DNA of 64,000 bases from Gracilinanus agilis (taxonomy: Eukaryota). The DNA lies in contig NC_058131.1 in assembly GCF_016433145.1 (NCBI RefSeq), positions 35,793,650 through 35,857,649 of the forward strand, given 5' to 3'. The first letter of the stretch is position 1; the number at the start of each line of letters is the position of its first letter. This document shows, one piece after another, positions 51,191-64,000 of the stretch. The position numbers and the translations under genes were made by a program. The notes under the pieces were generated by a model, which was given only the letters and a program-made list of their open reading frames with translations, was not told where the DNA came from and searched no databases.

Positions 51191-53085
51191 GACATTCCTG
51201 TCTCCCACACACCCTTCTGGACCCATGTTTAATGTTTAAGGCACCTTCCCTGGTTGTTCCCGCTTAACACCATCCTAAATACGCTGCTCATGTTCAGGTT
51301 CTCTGGGGACATCAAGATAAAAGGGGCTCAGAGGAAACATCATGGACGGACAGTTCTTTAAAAGAATGGATAAGAAGACAAGAACATTTGACACTGTTTA
51401 CATCCAATGGGATCATTTATTTTACTTGACTAAGCATATATGTCAAAGGACTTTGTTTTTCTTTTTTTTTCCAAAAGTGGGGATAGGACGTGATTGGTAG
51501 AAACAGGGAAAGAGCATCAAAAAGAAAATAAGGAAACAGTGTCATTGAGGTATCATTTTTAACGATGAGAAGAGAACAGTAGAAAGGCCAGAAAGAAGCT
51601 GAGATGAACAGAATACCTAAAACTTACAAGTTGAATTTATTATTTACATAAAAAAGAAAAGCAAACTATACATAATAGAAGCCTGTAGCTTCATAAGCAG
51701 TCCTCTATTTCCATCCCACTTTACTATGGAAATGCTCATTTGTTTTGTTTTTTTCCTGGCACAATTTATTTCACTTTACATCCCTTCTGAGTTCCCAGTA
51801 ATGGTTCATGAAGACCTGGGAGCAGATTCATGAATCAAGGAATTGGCCAAAGGAAAATTTCATATCATTATTTATTTTTTCCATATATATTTCTAAATGA
51901 GGTTTTTATAATAAATCCTATTTATAGAAAACTTTGGGAATATATATTTGACTAAAGTGATGATCAGAGGTTGTGTATTTTTTACCAAGATTGGAAGATG
52001 GGAAGAAGAGATAGGTAGTAGGCAGGTGAGATTCTTAGAGAGACACACAGGAGTAGATGTTTGGACACAGAATGATAATCTCATCATTTCCAGTATCGGA
52101 TGAAAATCCTCCACGGCCTCTCTCCTATGCACATCACATCATTGACCTTCCAGAAATCCCATATAGAATATCAACTCAACACACTGAGGACCTTCCTCTG
52201 ATTCTTTGCATTTCTGGAGGCTAGGATTATAATATCCTGACTCTCTGTCTAGGGACTTATTCTGTTTTTTTTTTCTGGTCTGAGGACCTTGCTCTGATTC
52301 CTTAAGTTTCTAGAGGCTAAGAATGTAATGTCCTGCTCTCTATCTGAGGACTCTCATTATTGCCAGATGGTCAGACAGCCTTAAATTCTGATGTTTCATA
52401 TGAACCTCATCATAAAATGACAAACTCCTAAGCAGCAATCACTGCTGGCGACATGTGCATCTGCTTCCATCCATCATCTTCCATCTATCCATTGCCTGCA
52501 GGTCGCCTGAAGATGAACTGAATCAAACGAGGGAGGGAGGAGACTAAAGCACAGACTATGGCATGGAAGTCTCAGGCACATGAAGGCAGAGATCAGCCTG
52601 GAGGAGCCCCTCCAGTTCCCCCCCATCAGGCCCATCTTTCTGTCAGCCCAGGATTCACTGGCTGCCTTCCCAGAGGCTTGTGTCTTCCTCCTCCCGCTCT
52701 CAGCCTCTTCCTTCACCTCTCCCTGAAGTTCTTCTTTTCATTCTTCTTACACTGACCTCTTAGTCAGGTCTCTTCCCTTTTCTAATGACTTTTCTGCCAT
52801 CTACAGTGCAAACATCTCTCTCTCCTCCTCACAGACTCTGCTCTAGGCTCACAGGTCCAGTCTCTTCTGGGGAGACAGAAAGAAAATCAATTTCTCCCTT
52901 GTTTTAGCCACAACTAGCCATCTGGCCTGGCCCTTCCTGTGACCCTGCAGCTGTCCTGGGCAGAGACAGAACCAGAGAGACCATTGAAGCCTGAGATAAC
53001 ATGCTCTGCTGAACCCAGTAGAGAGTCTGGCCTTTATCTGGGCTCTGGAGATGAAGCTGAGAGATTGGAGGTGGTTCTGGGTCTG

Positions 53086-53137
53086 TTTTGCATGGGGAGA
53101 TCTCAGCCCCCTGCACAAGGCTGTCCTGACATATAAA
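53086..53137 (+). promoter_or_regulatory. V2 promoter: TTTTGCAT (53086-53093), TATAAA (53132-53137)
   Basis: Same architecture as V1. Confidence 0.8.
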
Positions 53138-53209
53138 TGCATCTCTATCCCCATCTGTCTCATTCTGGGCTCAGAGCTCTCTGCCTGCAGCTCTGCAAAG
53201 GACACAAGG

Positions 53210-53778
53210 ATGTCCCCATCCCAGCTCCTCTGCCTCCTGCTGCTCTGGGCTCAGGGTAAGACCAGCCACAGGCTAACCCGGGGGAGGTTCTCCAGGAGGT
53301 TCCAAAATTAGACACCATCTGAGGGAGGCAGAAGGAGAAGTTCTCTACAGCCAGTGAGGATGACATGTCAGACTCAGGCACAAAACATGGTCTGAGAGGA
53401 GGGAACTCACTGGGGAATTCATGGCATCTGGATGGGCTTCTTTCCCTAAATCTGCTTTTTCTCTTTTCTTCTTTCCATGCCAGAGTCCATGACAGCCATT
53501 GTGATGACTCAGACTCCAGCCTCCCTGTCTGTGGCTCTGGGAGAGAAAGTCACCATCAGCTGCAGGGCCAGTGAGGACATTGGCTATAGTTTAGCCTGGT
53601 ACCAGCAGCCTCCAGGAAAACCTCCCAAACTTCTTATCTATGCTGCTGATGAGCTGGAATCTGGAGTCCCTGCCCGCTTCAGTGGCAGTGGGTCTGGGAC
53701 AGATTTTACTCTCACAATCAGCAGTGTGGAGGCTGAAGATGTCGGACATTATTACTGTCTGCAGCATTATGATTCTCC
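53210..53778 (+). CDS. IGKV: Ig kappa-type V segment V2, apparently intact (leader 53210-53255; V exon 53484-53778)
   Basis: Canonical splice sites. [49 protein letters not shown]. Confidence 0.94.
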
Positions 53779-53806
53779 CACAGTGATGGAGGCCTGAACA
53801 AAATCC
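53779..53806 (+). other. 12-RSS of V2 (nonamer ACAAAATCC, one mismatch)
   Basis: CACAGTG + atggaggcctga + ACAAAATCC. Confidence 0.95.
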
Positions 53807-56800
53807 TCCCCAGGCTGTTGAGTCCTTCAGCTCAGGGCAGCAGCTGCTTCCTGCACAGCATCTGACTCAGAGTCATCAGGGAGCCCAGGGGAGGACTGAG
53901 AGGCCAGCTGGGGGGCCACAGAGCCCAGGCTGCCTCCTCTGACAAGCCATTGGGGAGGGCAAAGAGAGAGGAGGAGAACCTTCCCTCCAGCCTCTCTCCA
54001 GCAGCCTCAGAATCTCCTCTCACACACCTCAGAGAAGCTGGTCCCTTCCTTTCTCCATGCTCTGCCTTCTAGGAAGCTCCTCAGGGTTCATTAAGGGAAA
54101 GTCCTGGAAGGGCTCCTGGGAAGAGGCTGGCCTGATCCCTCTGAAGCTCCTCCTATAGTCTGTACTGCCTGGCAGGGCCAGGAGAGGATCCTTAGTGAGG
54201 TCTTCCTGAGCATCCCATGAGAAAGGACACGTGAAAGTGTTTGTAACTGAGTCCAGAGAGACCCAAATGGCAGCTGAAAGGATCATACCCTAAAGACCAT
54301 GTCTATAGAGATACAAAAAAGTCTGAAGAAATTAGATTCAAATCTGTTTTTTCCCCAACAATAATGAAATACTCCCAATGGCTGGCTCAAATAGAGGACA
54401 GTTCAGAGTGTCTACCCAAGGCAGCTGGTCCTGAGTGGCCTCTGAGAAATAGGAGAGAAGCAGTGAGGAATTTTCTCTGCTTGTTTAAGGATGGTGGATT
54501 AGAGTGATTTGTGCTTCAACCTTATAATAACCTCAATTTCCAGAGTTGGTATAGACCTCTTGGGAGAACAAAGAATTCTTATATTTATGTCTTCCATTTC
54601 CTAGAAATTCCTGATTTTAGTGCATTTCAGGATATATATTCAGAACATTTTATCAGGTCTATCTGGTCAATACTTGGAACCCTGCTGCTTCTGCCCACAG
54701 TGGTGGGGTGTATAACCCTTCACCAGGAGCCTGAAGGAGGCAGGAGCAAGAAACAGGTCACAGGAAACTTGCTGTGCTCTAAGACTCCTTCCAACTGTTC
54801 AGTGCTTTGTATTATTCTGAGGTTGGGCAGTCCCAAGGAGGCTTGGTCAGGGCAGCCAAAGAATGCAGTGAAGAGACAGAAAGAAAATGTGACAAAAACT
54901 CGAGCCTAAGTCCATGCAGAGAACAAAGCAGGGGGAATGCAGACTGGTCAGTCCTTCAGCATCCAGGAATCCTACCCTCGCAGTAGCTCATTGCACAGAG
55001 TTCGGGGGTTCTGCATTCCTGGGCCATTTAGCTGATGGATCAGAAGCATCTCTGCAGCTCAGGGATGAACCAACCTGATGGGCTCAGTAAGCTGCTGCTT
55101 CTCTGAGTCCAGGCTGGAGAGAAGGGAGGGGGACTGGGATTCATGGGACATTTAAAATCAGTAGGAAATGTATTTATACTTCTGTAATTTACTGATATTT
55201 ACATGAAATTATTAGTAGTAAAATTATTCTCATTTTCAGATTATTCAGACCTGATTTGGAGGACGTGAAAATGATCACATTGAGGGCAGTGGAGGGATTA
55301 TTGTCCATACGCCACAGGGAATCTCCACACTAATGATGTCACAGATCTATGGAAGTTATGAAGCAGCTGCCAGGTCCCTTATGTTTTCACATTAAGAAAA
55401 AAGTGGGAAGAAAGAAAAAGAAAGAGAAATAAGAACACTTTGGGAAGGATATTGGGGGAAGAAAAAGAAGGCTGGAGAAAATGAATTATCTCATGTAATG
55501 AAGGTACACAAGTAGTCATCTCTGGAAGAAATAAAAATTCATTTGGGCCATGATTCTGACTGAAAAAATAGACTTTATTTTGTGGGTAAATACAGTCTTG
55601 AGATAGATCTCTACAGAGCTCACTCCAATGGTATTGTTTCAGGTCCCCAATCCCATTTTTACTGTTGGTCCAGAAACCTTGCCCTGACTGCTTCCCAAGG
55701 TTACAGGGTCTTCCTTCTTCCCTCATCTGCTCTGAATCTGTTTCTTCTGCTGCCTTTAAAGTCTGGGTTTTTTCTCTTCTGAAACTAAATCTTGATTCAG
55801 CTCCTTTCTCTTTCCTAATAGCCTTTTTTGCTGCATTTAGCCAGGCATTTATCTCTCCATTTAGTTGATTATTTTTTCAAAGCCCCAGAGAAGAGAGGTT
55901 TCTCTTGTTTATAGCCACAGGGAGCAGATGCTTATTAGAACCTTCCCAGGGGACCCTCCAAGCAGACTTGGCCGACCTGGAAGGACAGATCTCCCAACCA
56001 TGAGGTCACACCTTCCCTCACATGTACCAATTAGCTAGTCTGGCCCCCATGTCCTACCTGGCACTGACTCCTGGAGGTGGCCTCAGAGGTCTCAAACCTT
56101 CAGGTGTACGAGAGAAAGAATGATCTCCCCATCCCACTTCCTCTCCATGCTCTGCCTTCTGTCCTTGGACTACAATTCCCTTCTCCTCCTCCATCATCTT
56201 GGACTTGGCCCCTCAGTCCGCCAGCTCTGATAGATGAGCTCTGGCTGGATCTTTCCAGAACTGAGGCCTCCACATTACTTACTGGCCATTTTCATGACGT
56301 GCCACTGGGCAATTTCCTCCCTCTTTTCCCAGGTGCTCTTACACTTACATGTGTGAAAAAGAATTGATTGATTCATCTGTGATTTAGCCATAGTTTGTTA
56401 TGACCTGCCTTTTATTTATTTCCCATCAGTTTTGCTTAATTGAACATGATTGCATAAGTGATTATTCAATATACCCAGAGTGTAAAAGATAACCAAATAA
56501 ACAAACTTAAGTCAACTTATATCGTGCCTTTTTAGGACTGAATCCTCTGCATGTAATCCTATTAGATACCCACTATTATAATAATACATGGTAAGCATAG
56601 ATTTCATAGTAAGCAAAAATCCCAATTGCGGATTAAATAATTGTGTATAAGAATCAGTAATCAAAAATCATACTGTGAGTAAAATGACATGGAAAAATTC
56701 TTCAAGGGCTTCACAAAATACCTTTGCCAAGGCAGGGTGTGTCTGAGCCTTCAGTGACCCGGAATGTGTCCAGATTGATGACATCTTAGTTGGCTACAGA

Positions 56801-57257
56801 GTGACCATGTCTGTTACCACATATGGGGCAGAGAGGATGGGATTAGCCACAAGACAAGAAGATTCCACTTTCTTGAAGAAGGAAACTTTCTAAAAATGAG
56901 ACTCAGGTTGTCCTCTCTGAGAAGAGACCTTCAGCTGACCCCCAGCCCATTCTGGGGGAGTTTGAGTCATCTGACTCTTTGGTGTAGACGATGCACACTT
57001 GTCCTTTCCTCAGCTCTGGGTCTTAGACCTCACTACTGGACATGTCTTTGATCTTGGTGTTATAATTTACTTATCCAATAATAAATGTCAGTTTGGCTCG
57101 GAAAATTACTTCCTAGGATTTATTTTTTCTTTATAATACTCACCTGTAGTCAATCCATATTGATCACAAAGACATTGATTTTTGTTATACTCTTGTCAAG
57201 TTAAAGGGATTTTATCTTAGGATTTTAAGCCATAAGAAGGAGGTTTAAGACTATACT

Positions 57258-57672
57258 GGGAAAAGTAGTGGCTCAGTAGATAGAGAGCCAGGCCTGGAGA
57301 TGGGTGGTCCTGGGTTCAAATCTGGATTCAGACACTTCTTAGCTATGTGACCCCAGCTGGGCAAGTCACTTAAGCCCCATTGCTTGAGACTTATAACTCT
57401 TATGCCTTATACATGATACTTAGTATTGATTCTAAGACTGATAGTTAGGATTTTTAAAAAATGCTCTAGAAGGTAGCTGGGTGGCTCAGTGGATTGAGAG
57501 CCAGGCCTAGAGATGGGAGGTCCCAGATTCAAATCTGGCCTCAGATACTTTTTCGCTGTGTGACCACAGCTGGGCAAGTCACTTAACCCCCATTGCCCAG
57601 CCCTTACCACTCTTCCTCCTTGGAACCAATACATACTATTGAATCTAAGATGGAAGGTGAGGATTTTTAAAA
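57258..57672 (+). mobile_element. Two tandem SINEs (~57258-57460, 57469-57672)
   Basis: Two A/B-box heads and two tails. Copy A has a single SINE at this position. Confidence 0.8.
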
Positions 57673-58691
57673 AATACTGTATACTAAGGGCCATGAGTAC
57701 ACTCTCTCAACCGCAAAAATATCCCAGCTAGAGAACTTCTACCCAAGAGGACTTATAAGTCAATGGGAAGGATATCTCAGAGTCAGTCAGATCACACACT
57801 ACTCGTTATGCTCCTTTATTTTAAATCTATTTCTTCTCATTTTCTTTTTTCCATCTAAAGGTCCTCCCCCAAAACTTTACTTCTGTAGCTATTTTTCTTT
57901 TTTCCCCCCTATTCAGGTGTAAGGGAAATCACTAGAAAAACACATCTCTTTAAATTGGGCAAATACTCTTGCATTTGGACAACATTTAAGATTCCATCCA
58001 CAAATTTCTGGATGTAAGATGATTTCTAGAATAATTTCTCTGCAGATTTGATCCATAAGTAAAGAAAGACTAAGACAAGAAAGCGTAGAAATTATCCTGA
58101 ACAACTGTGATCTTTTTTTTGGGGGGGGTCAGACTCCAATTCCCTCCTTTTCCTTCCTTCAAATGCCTTCAGTACAGAGTCCATTCAGTCCTGCCTTCCC
58201 TCCTCCAGACTCTTAACCCTTTTCCCTCCTGCCCCTACCCCAGGCTTCTTCAATGCCATTACTTGAGGACAGTTGATTCCTTCAAGGAAGTGATGGAGGG
58301 AAAGAAGATTTGTTCCCTTAAAGCACACGGAGGAGTAAAACAATAGCAGACCTTACACTCTAAGGGGCTCCATGTTAAGCCCTCAAAAGGATCATTCATT
58401 GGAATGGGGTGATCAGGTCATGAGCTAGAGTAAAGTGAAGGATGTCAGGAGCTGTCGGGTCCTTCCTGACTCCAGGTCCTGATCTCTTTCCCTTGAAAAT
58501 ATTGCTTCTCATGCAATCCTTCTAGCCATTTAGAACCATAAAACTGACCCAAACTGAAAGGAACTAAGTAGGGGAGAAATAGCAGGAGCACACAGTAAAT
58601 GAGGGTCAAGGAAGGAAGTATATCTTTGGGGTAACAAGTCTCAGGTCTTCCTCTGAGCTTATAACTAGAACAATCCTCCGCACCTCAATAA

Positions 58692-59656
58692 TGTAAAAGA
58701 ACTAATTTTTTAAAGTCTAAGCTGAGTTTTTAATTGCTGTCCCTTACTGGGGTTTTGCTAGATCCAGTCAAGCAGGATGATCTCTTCAGAGACAGAATGC
58801 AAAAATGACTGCACCCCCTGTCTCAGACCAGAAAGTAACCAATCTGACTGCTTCTTCAAAGGAACAGAGTTTATTTAAGTTGTAGTTGAAGATGGGGTTA
58901 GGAATGTGGGTTGTGGATGTTTCTCTATCACTAATAAAACTATCTTATTACCCACCAATCTGACTTTGCTTTAAAGTCTCTTCAGTCCTCGACTTTTTGA
59001 GGCTACACTGATTACCCTCTCTGCCTAAATGATTTCCCTTTTATTCTAATCTAATTCTAGGCTGAACCCACATAGGAAATAGTCTCTAGAGTATTGATAG
59101 AATAGAGATGAATCAAATATTAGGAGTGATTAAGTCTACCCTGGTGAGGCTAAAGCCTCCCCAAAGGTAAACTAAGCAGTTCAGTCAACTCCCTTTGAGA
59201 TTTGGTCTTCTCAGAGTAACAGCAGAGCCAGACACTTGAAGGTCTTCAGGATTTTGGTAAAATATCTCTCTGGAACAATTTGAACTTTCACAGAAGGTTG
59301 GAGCTGGGTCTTGGAGATGCTTTTGCCTCCAGAGTCTAGGACCAACTCCCTCACCTGGACATTGGTTTCCCAGGATTCTCCTTCCCTCTGTATCAATGGA
59401 AAGTTTGAACCCTGGACTTCATCTACCATAAGTCCCTTAGTTTTCCCCAAATTCCCTTTAATCTCTTCTGTGCCTCCAAGTTTGCATGGTCACGTTATTG
59501 TTTTATAGTTGGCTGTAACTCTTCCCTCTTTCTCTTTGGTTCCTGGGAAGCGAGCTGGTTAGTAACCTTTTAGTTAGTCTCTTTGTTATTTTATTATTAA
59601 TAAAATATTTATAACTATAATATTTGGTATTTTGCATATTAATTTTAAAATCCACA
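58692..59656. mobile_element. LTR-like segment absent from copy A
   Basis: TGTAAAAG..ATCCACA with AATAAA near 59600. No TSD identified. Confidence 0.4.
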
Positions 59657-60831
59657 CCTCCAAGATTCTAAAAGAGTTTGCTCTTGCTTCTCCTGGTTCA
59701 ACTGCATTCCATGTCACTCTGCTTTCTCTACTCTGTAATCTTGTTTCCTTTCCAAAATCTCTCCTTCGCACATTCACTTCCTCCACGCTCTCTTTCTCTT
59801 CTCCTTACTATATAAAGCAAATCAAGGAGCAGACTCAGTGCCCAAGAGAGCTCTGTCAAAGAAGACAGGATGGAGAGAGAGACACACACACACACACACC
59901 GGAGGTCAGTAGTGGTCCTCTTCTCTCAACTCAGCAGGAAGATAACACCTAATGTCAGAGAAATCACATTTTCTTTAAAATAGAGTTGCAGAGTTAGTTC
60001 ATCAAGATCATGCTTTAGTAGAGTTGACCTAGCTTTCAGGAAAGCTTCTGGAAAAGTCTCTTATGCTCCTTTTTTAAAATAAACAACAAACAAATAAATG
60101 GATAAATAAATTAAAAAGGAGATTAGTGGGTCAAAAGACCAGAGAGTTCTATAGATTAAGGAACTAGCTAGTTGCTGCATCCAAAAACAGTTAAGAATGA
60201 AAAAGCAGAAACATCTGACTGGCTAGAACATTGTTTTACAGTTAGTGGAATAATTAATTTTACTTGATTATGCATATTTGTCATAATGGCTTTGTTTTTC
60301 TTTTTTCCAAGAGTGGGAATGGGAACTGCCAGAAAATAGGAGAAAAGCATCAAGAAGAACATAAAGAAATAGTGTTAGTAAAGTGTCATTATTAATACAG
60401 AAAAGAGAACAGTAAGAAGACCAAAAGGAAGCTACAATAAGTAGGAGAGTGTTGAAAATTACAGGTTGAATTTATTATTTGCATAAAAATAAAAGCAAAT
60501 TTACATATAATAGAAATCTGAATCTGCAGCTTCATGAGCAATCCAGTGTTTCCAGCTTATTTCATATATAGAAACGCTCATTTTATTATTTTTTTTCCTG
60601 GTATTTATTTCACTTGACATCTCTTCCTAGGTTTCTCAGGAATTGTTCCTGAACACTGAGGAGCAACGTCATGAATCAAGAAATTCCCAAAAGTGTAATT
60701 TCATATCCTATGTTTATTTTCTCCACATATGTTTCTAAAACAGTTTTTTCTAATAAATCTTATTTCTAAAAAACTGGAAATGCCTACTTGATTAGAGTGA
60801 TGATCAGAGGTTCCTATGGGAATGTAGGTAT

Positions 60832-61649
60832 TCTTATAGGTAATTTATGGGGTAGAGATAGATTTTAGGGTAAATAAACAGACAGACCTGGCTAAGACTC
60901 TGGCTGAGACTGGGGACATTCTATCTTAGAATGTACAGAGGAATTTTGAACCGAGAGACTGTCTTGGTTGCAGTTGAGAGAGAAGGTTTTTGCCTAGGAG
61001 TGTGGAGAATTGTCATCTTTACAACCAAGCCTCTAACCCAGTGAGCGGTCTTTGGGATCTCACTAGCAAGAGATTAATCGTCAAGCAAGACCTTGATGGA
61101 TTGAGTGCATGCCTGCTTGTTGGTGGACAGCAAGCAAGGATCCCTTTTCTCCCTGGTCCTATTTGGATTATTTTGCTGTGACAGAAGTGTTCCTGAGTCC
61201 AAACTACACCTAGAAGTCATCAAAGATGTTGTGTGTGAGATTCCCAAAGTCCCTGCCTCACCCAGCTAAGCCTTTGGTGGCTGTCTGTTAGGTAGCTTAA
61301 GATTAGCCAACCCAACTGCCACCATTCTCTGGGAGTTGGTACCCTTAGAAGTTAGAAACTCCTCTTCTTCTAATCTCATCCTTACCAAACCATTAAACTT
61401 AACTTTCATACAACTTCCTTGTCATTCTCTCCCCAACCACCAAGATCCTACAGAAAAGTTAACTGTTTCCCTGGCTATTGTGAAAGATTAGTTACTGTTA
61501 ATTTTCTCACTCCGTTTGCCATTTCCCTTCAAGTTTCATTAGTTTTATTTGTTATCCCTTTCCCCAGTGGCAGTCTTTGTGCCTCCTTGTGTGTTTCCCT
61601 GAGTTTTCAGTTTCTTCTCTGTCTGTTGTGAGTTTACATTTTTTTTTCA
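60832..61649 (+). mobile_element. Solo LTR with 4-bp TSD, absent from copy A
   Basis: GTAT flanks at 60828-60831 and 61650-61653. The empty site gaggtatcagc is at ~8870. The 5' terminus reads TC rather than TG. Confidence 0.7.
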
Positions 61650-62373
61650 GTATCAGAAAACAGATTACTTTTGACTAAGAGGAAGAGGATTTTAACCTCC
61701 AAGATTGGTAGATGGGAGGAGGTAGGAGGGTATTAGTGACATTCTTAGAGATACACAGGAATAAAAGTTTAGACCCAGAAAGAAGGGGAATCTCATTAGT
61801 CCCAAGGAGGAATGAAAATCTTCTCTGTTTTGTGTACTTCATAACCATGACCTTCCAGAAATCCCATATGAAATCAACACACTGGAGATGATCGTCTGAT
61901 TCTTTATATTTTTGGAGGCTGTGAAGGTCAGCTCCTGGCCTCTGAGGACACATTCTGGCTATCTGGCTAACATTTGTTTATGGTGAGAAATGTCCCTCAT
62001 CAGGTCAAACCAAACTCTTATCTAGCAAGTTATTGAACTAAGAATATGAATCTCCTTCCATCTATCACCTTATAGTTTTCCATCTCCTCTGGGTCCCCTG
62101 AAATCCAAATGAATCAAGTAGGGAGTGAGGAGCTTAAAAGTACAGACGATAGTATGGAAATCACAGGAACATGGGAAGAAATGCAGAGATCGGTCTGAAG
62201 AGGATCATTCCAGTTCCCCAATGGAATCTGTCCAATTCAGCAAGCCCATTTTTCCCTCTGCTCAGGATCCACTTTGTGCTGTACCAAGGTGGTTGTATCT
62301 TCCTTCTACTCTGGACCCATTGCTTCATCTGTTTTGGAATTTGATCTTTTCATTCTTCTAAAATGAATTTCTC

Positions 62374-62472
62374 CTGTGTGACCCTGGGCAAGTCACTTGA
62401 CCCCCAATGCCCACCCTTACCACTCTTCCACCAAGGAGCCAATACACAGAAGTTAAGGGTTTTAAAAAAAAT
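62374..62472 (+). mobile_element. 5'-truncated young SINE with 14-15 bp TSD
   Basis: AAAATGAATTTCTC at 62360-62373 and 62473-62486. The empty site is at 9562-9576. Confidence 0.92.
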
Positions 62473-62816
62473 AAAATGAATTTCTCATTCAGGTCACTAC
62501 CCTTTTCTAACGACTTCTAACTAAAGAGTTGGTCTACAACCAGACATCTGCTTCTCCTCTTCAATAACTTTTTAACCTAAACTCAAATTTCAGTCTAATA
62601 ACTTCTGGGAAGAGAGTGAGACCTCACTTGTTTATGACCACAAACAGTCATAGACCATGGCCTTTCTTTGTGATGCTCTACATAGACTTGACAGAGATGA
62701 AACTACAGAGACAATTTAAGTATGAGATAACATGCTCCAGTAAATCTAGTGTAGAGTCTGACCTTCTTCTGGGATCTGGAGATGAAGCTGAGAGGCCAGA
62801 GGTGGTTCTGGGTCTG

Positions 62817-62868
62817 TTTTGCATGGGGAGATCTCAGCCCCCTGCACAAGGCTGTCCTGGCATATAAA
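62817..62868 (+). promoter_or_regulatory. V3 promoter: TTTTGCAT (62817-62824), TATAAA (62863-62868)
   Basis: Same architecture as V1 and V2. Confidence 0.8.
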
Positions 62869-62940
62869 TGCATCTCTATCCTTGTCTGTCTCATTCTGGG
62901 CTCAGAGCTCTCTGTCTGCAGCTCTACAAAGGACACAAGG

Positions 62941-63518
62941 ATGTCCCCATCCCAGATCCTCTGCATCCTGCTGCTCTGGGCTCAGGGTAAGACCAGCCAG
63001 AGGCCAAAACTAATGGAAGCTGTCTAGGAGGTTCCAAAACTAGGAAATATAATGGAGAGTTATTAGGAGATGTTCTCTATTGGCAATGAGAATGAGATGC
63101 CAGACTCAGTTATGAAACATACTGTCTTAAAGGAGGGGAACTCAATGGGGAATTCATTGCATATGGATTTTGTTCTTTATCTAAATCTATTTTTTCTCAT
63201 TTCTTCTTTCAATATAAGAGTCCAGCGCAGTCACTGAGGTAACCCAATCTCCAGCTTCCCTGTCTGTGGCTCTGGGAGAGAAAGTCACCATCAGCTGCAG
63301 GGCCAGTAAGAGCATCAGCAATAATTTAGCCTGGCATCAGCAGCCACCAGGAAAACTTCCAAGACTTCTTGTGTATTATGCTAGCTCCCTAGCATCTGGG
63401 GTCCCTGCCCGCTTCAGTGGCAGTTGGTCTGGGACAGATTTTACTCTCACAATCAACAATGTGGTGGCTGAAGATGTTGGACATTACTATTGTCAACAGC
63501 ATTATGATTTCCCTCTCC
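62941..63518 (+). CDS. IGKV: Ig kappa-type V segment V3, open frame (leader 62941-62986; V exon 63219-63518)
   Basis: [15 protein letters not shown]|..[49 protein letters not shown]; acceptor atataag. Confidence 0.88.
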
Positions 63519-63546
63519 CACAGTGATACAGGATTGAACAAAAACC
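63519..63546 (+). other. 12-RSS of V3 (consensus)
   Basis: CACAGTG + atacaggattga + ACAAAAACC. Confidence 0.97.
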
Positions 63547-64000
63547 TCACCAGGATGCTGAACCCTTTAGCTCAGCACAGCAGCTGCTTCCTGCACAGCA
63601 TCTGACTCAGAGTCATCAGGGAACCCAGGGGAGGGCTGGGACTGAGAGGCCAGCTGGGGGGCCACAGAGCCCAGGCTGTCTCCTCTGACAAGGCATTGGG
63701 GAGGGCAAAGAGAGGAGGAGAACCTTCCCTCCAGCCTCTCTCCAGCAGCCTCAGAATCTCCTCTCACACACCTCAGAGAAGCTGGTCCCTTCCTTCCTGC
63801 CTGCTCTGCCTTCTCTCTGCCCCTTCCTGGGGGCTGTTCAGAGGAAGTTCCTCAGGGTTCATTAAGGGAAAGTCCTGGAAGGGCTCCTGGGAAGGGGCTG
63901 GCCTGACCCCTCTGAAGCTCTTCCTCTAGTCTGCACTGCCTGGCAGGGCCAGGAGAGGATCCTTAGTGAGATCTTCCTGAGCACCCCATGAGAAAGGACA

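Larger units (their letters stand above)
51385..54290 (+). repeat. V duplication unit, copy B
   Basis: The upstream part is distantly similar to 8280-9850. From the promoter to 54279 it is closely similar to 9850-11128. Confidence 0.88.
55440..64000 (+). repeat. V duplication unit, copy C
   Basis: Collinear with 3370-11090 apart from copy-specific TE insertions. Confidence 0.92.

Noticed and set aside
54696-54702. Isolated CACAGTG heptamer
   Set aside because: There is no nonamer at 12 or 23 nt and no V, D or J coding sequence beside it.

Overview
This is vertebrate genomic DNA, most likely from a didelphid marsupial such as the opossum (inferred from the SINE and L1 types; no database was searched). 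It is part of an immunoglobulin kappa-type V-segment array. Three V genes look intact, each with an octamer-variant/TATA promoter, a 46-nt leader exon, a V exon and a 12-RSS (10.0, 53.2 and 62.9 kb). There are also two V pseudogenes (35.1 and 45.8 kb) and one FR3 relic; no J or C segment was found. A complete, spliced KRAB-A/B zinc-finger gene (four coding exons, about 677 aa, 18 intact C2H2 fingers) sits between the V genes in the same orientation. The rest is duplicated V units and nested mobile DNA: a young near-intact L1, L1/L2/SINE fragments, solo LTRs, an ERV gag-pro remnant and a decayed hAT (Charlie/SPIN-type) transposon. The leads most worth following are: (1) V units are mosaics, with near-identical promoter/leader and post-RSS blocks flanking a divergent intron+V cassette, which suggests germline gene-conversion exchange; (2) a KRAB-ZFP lies inside recombining V territory; (3) a conserved E-box/AP-1 palindrome lies just downstream of each RSS; (4) the hAT is flanked by inverted L1 arms that break at almost the same L1 coordinate. 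All coordinates and identities were read by eye and need confirming by alignment.
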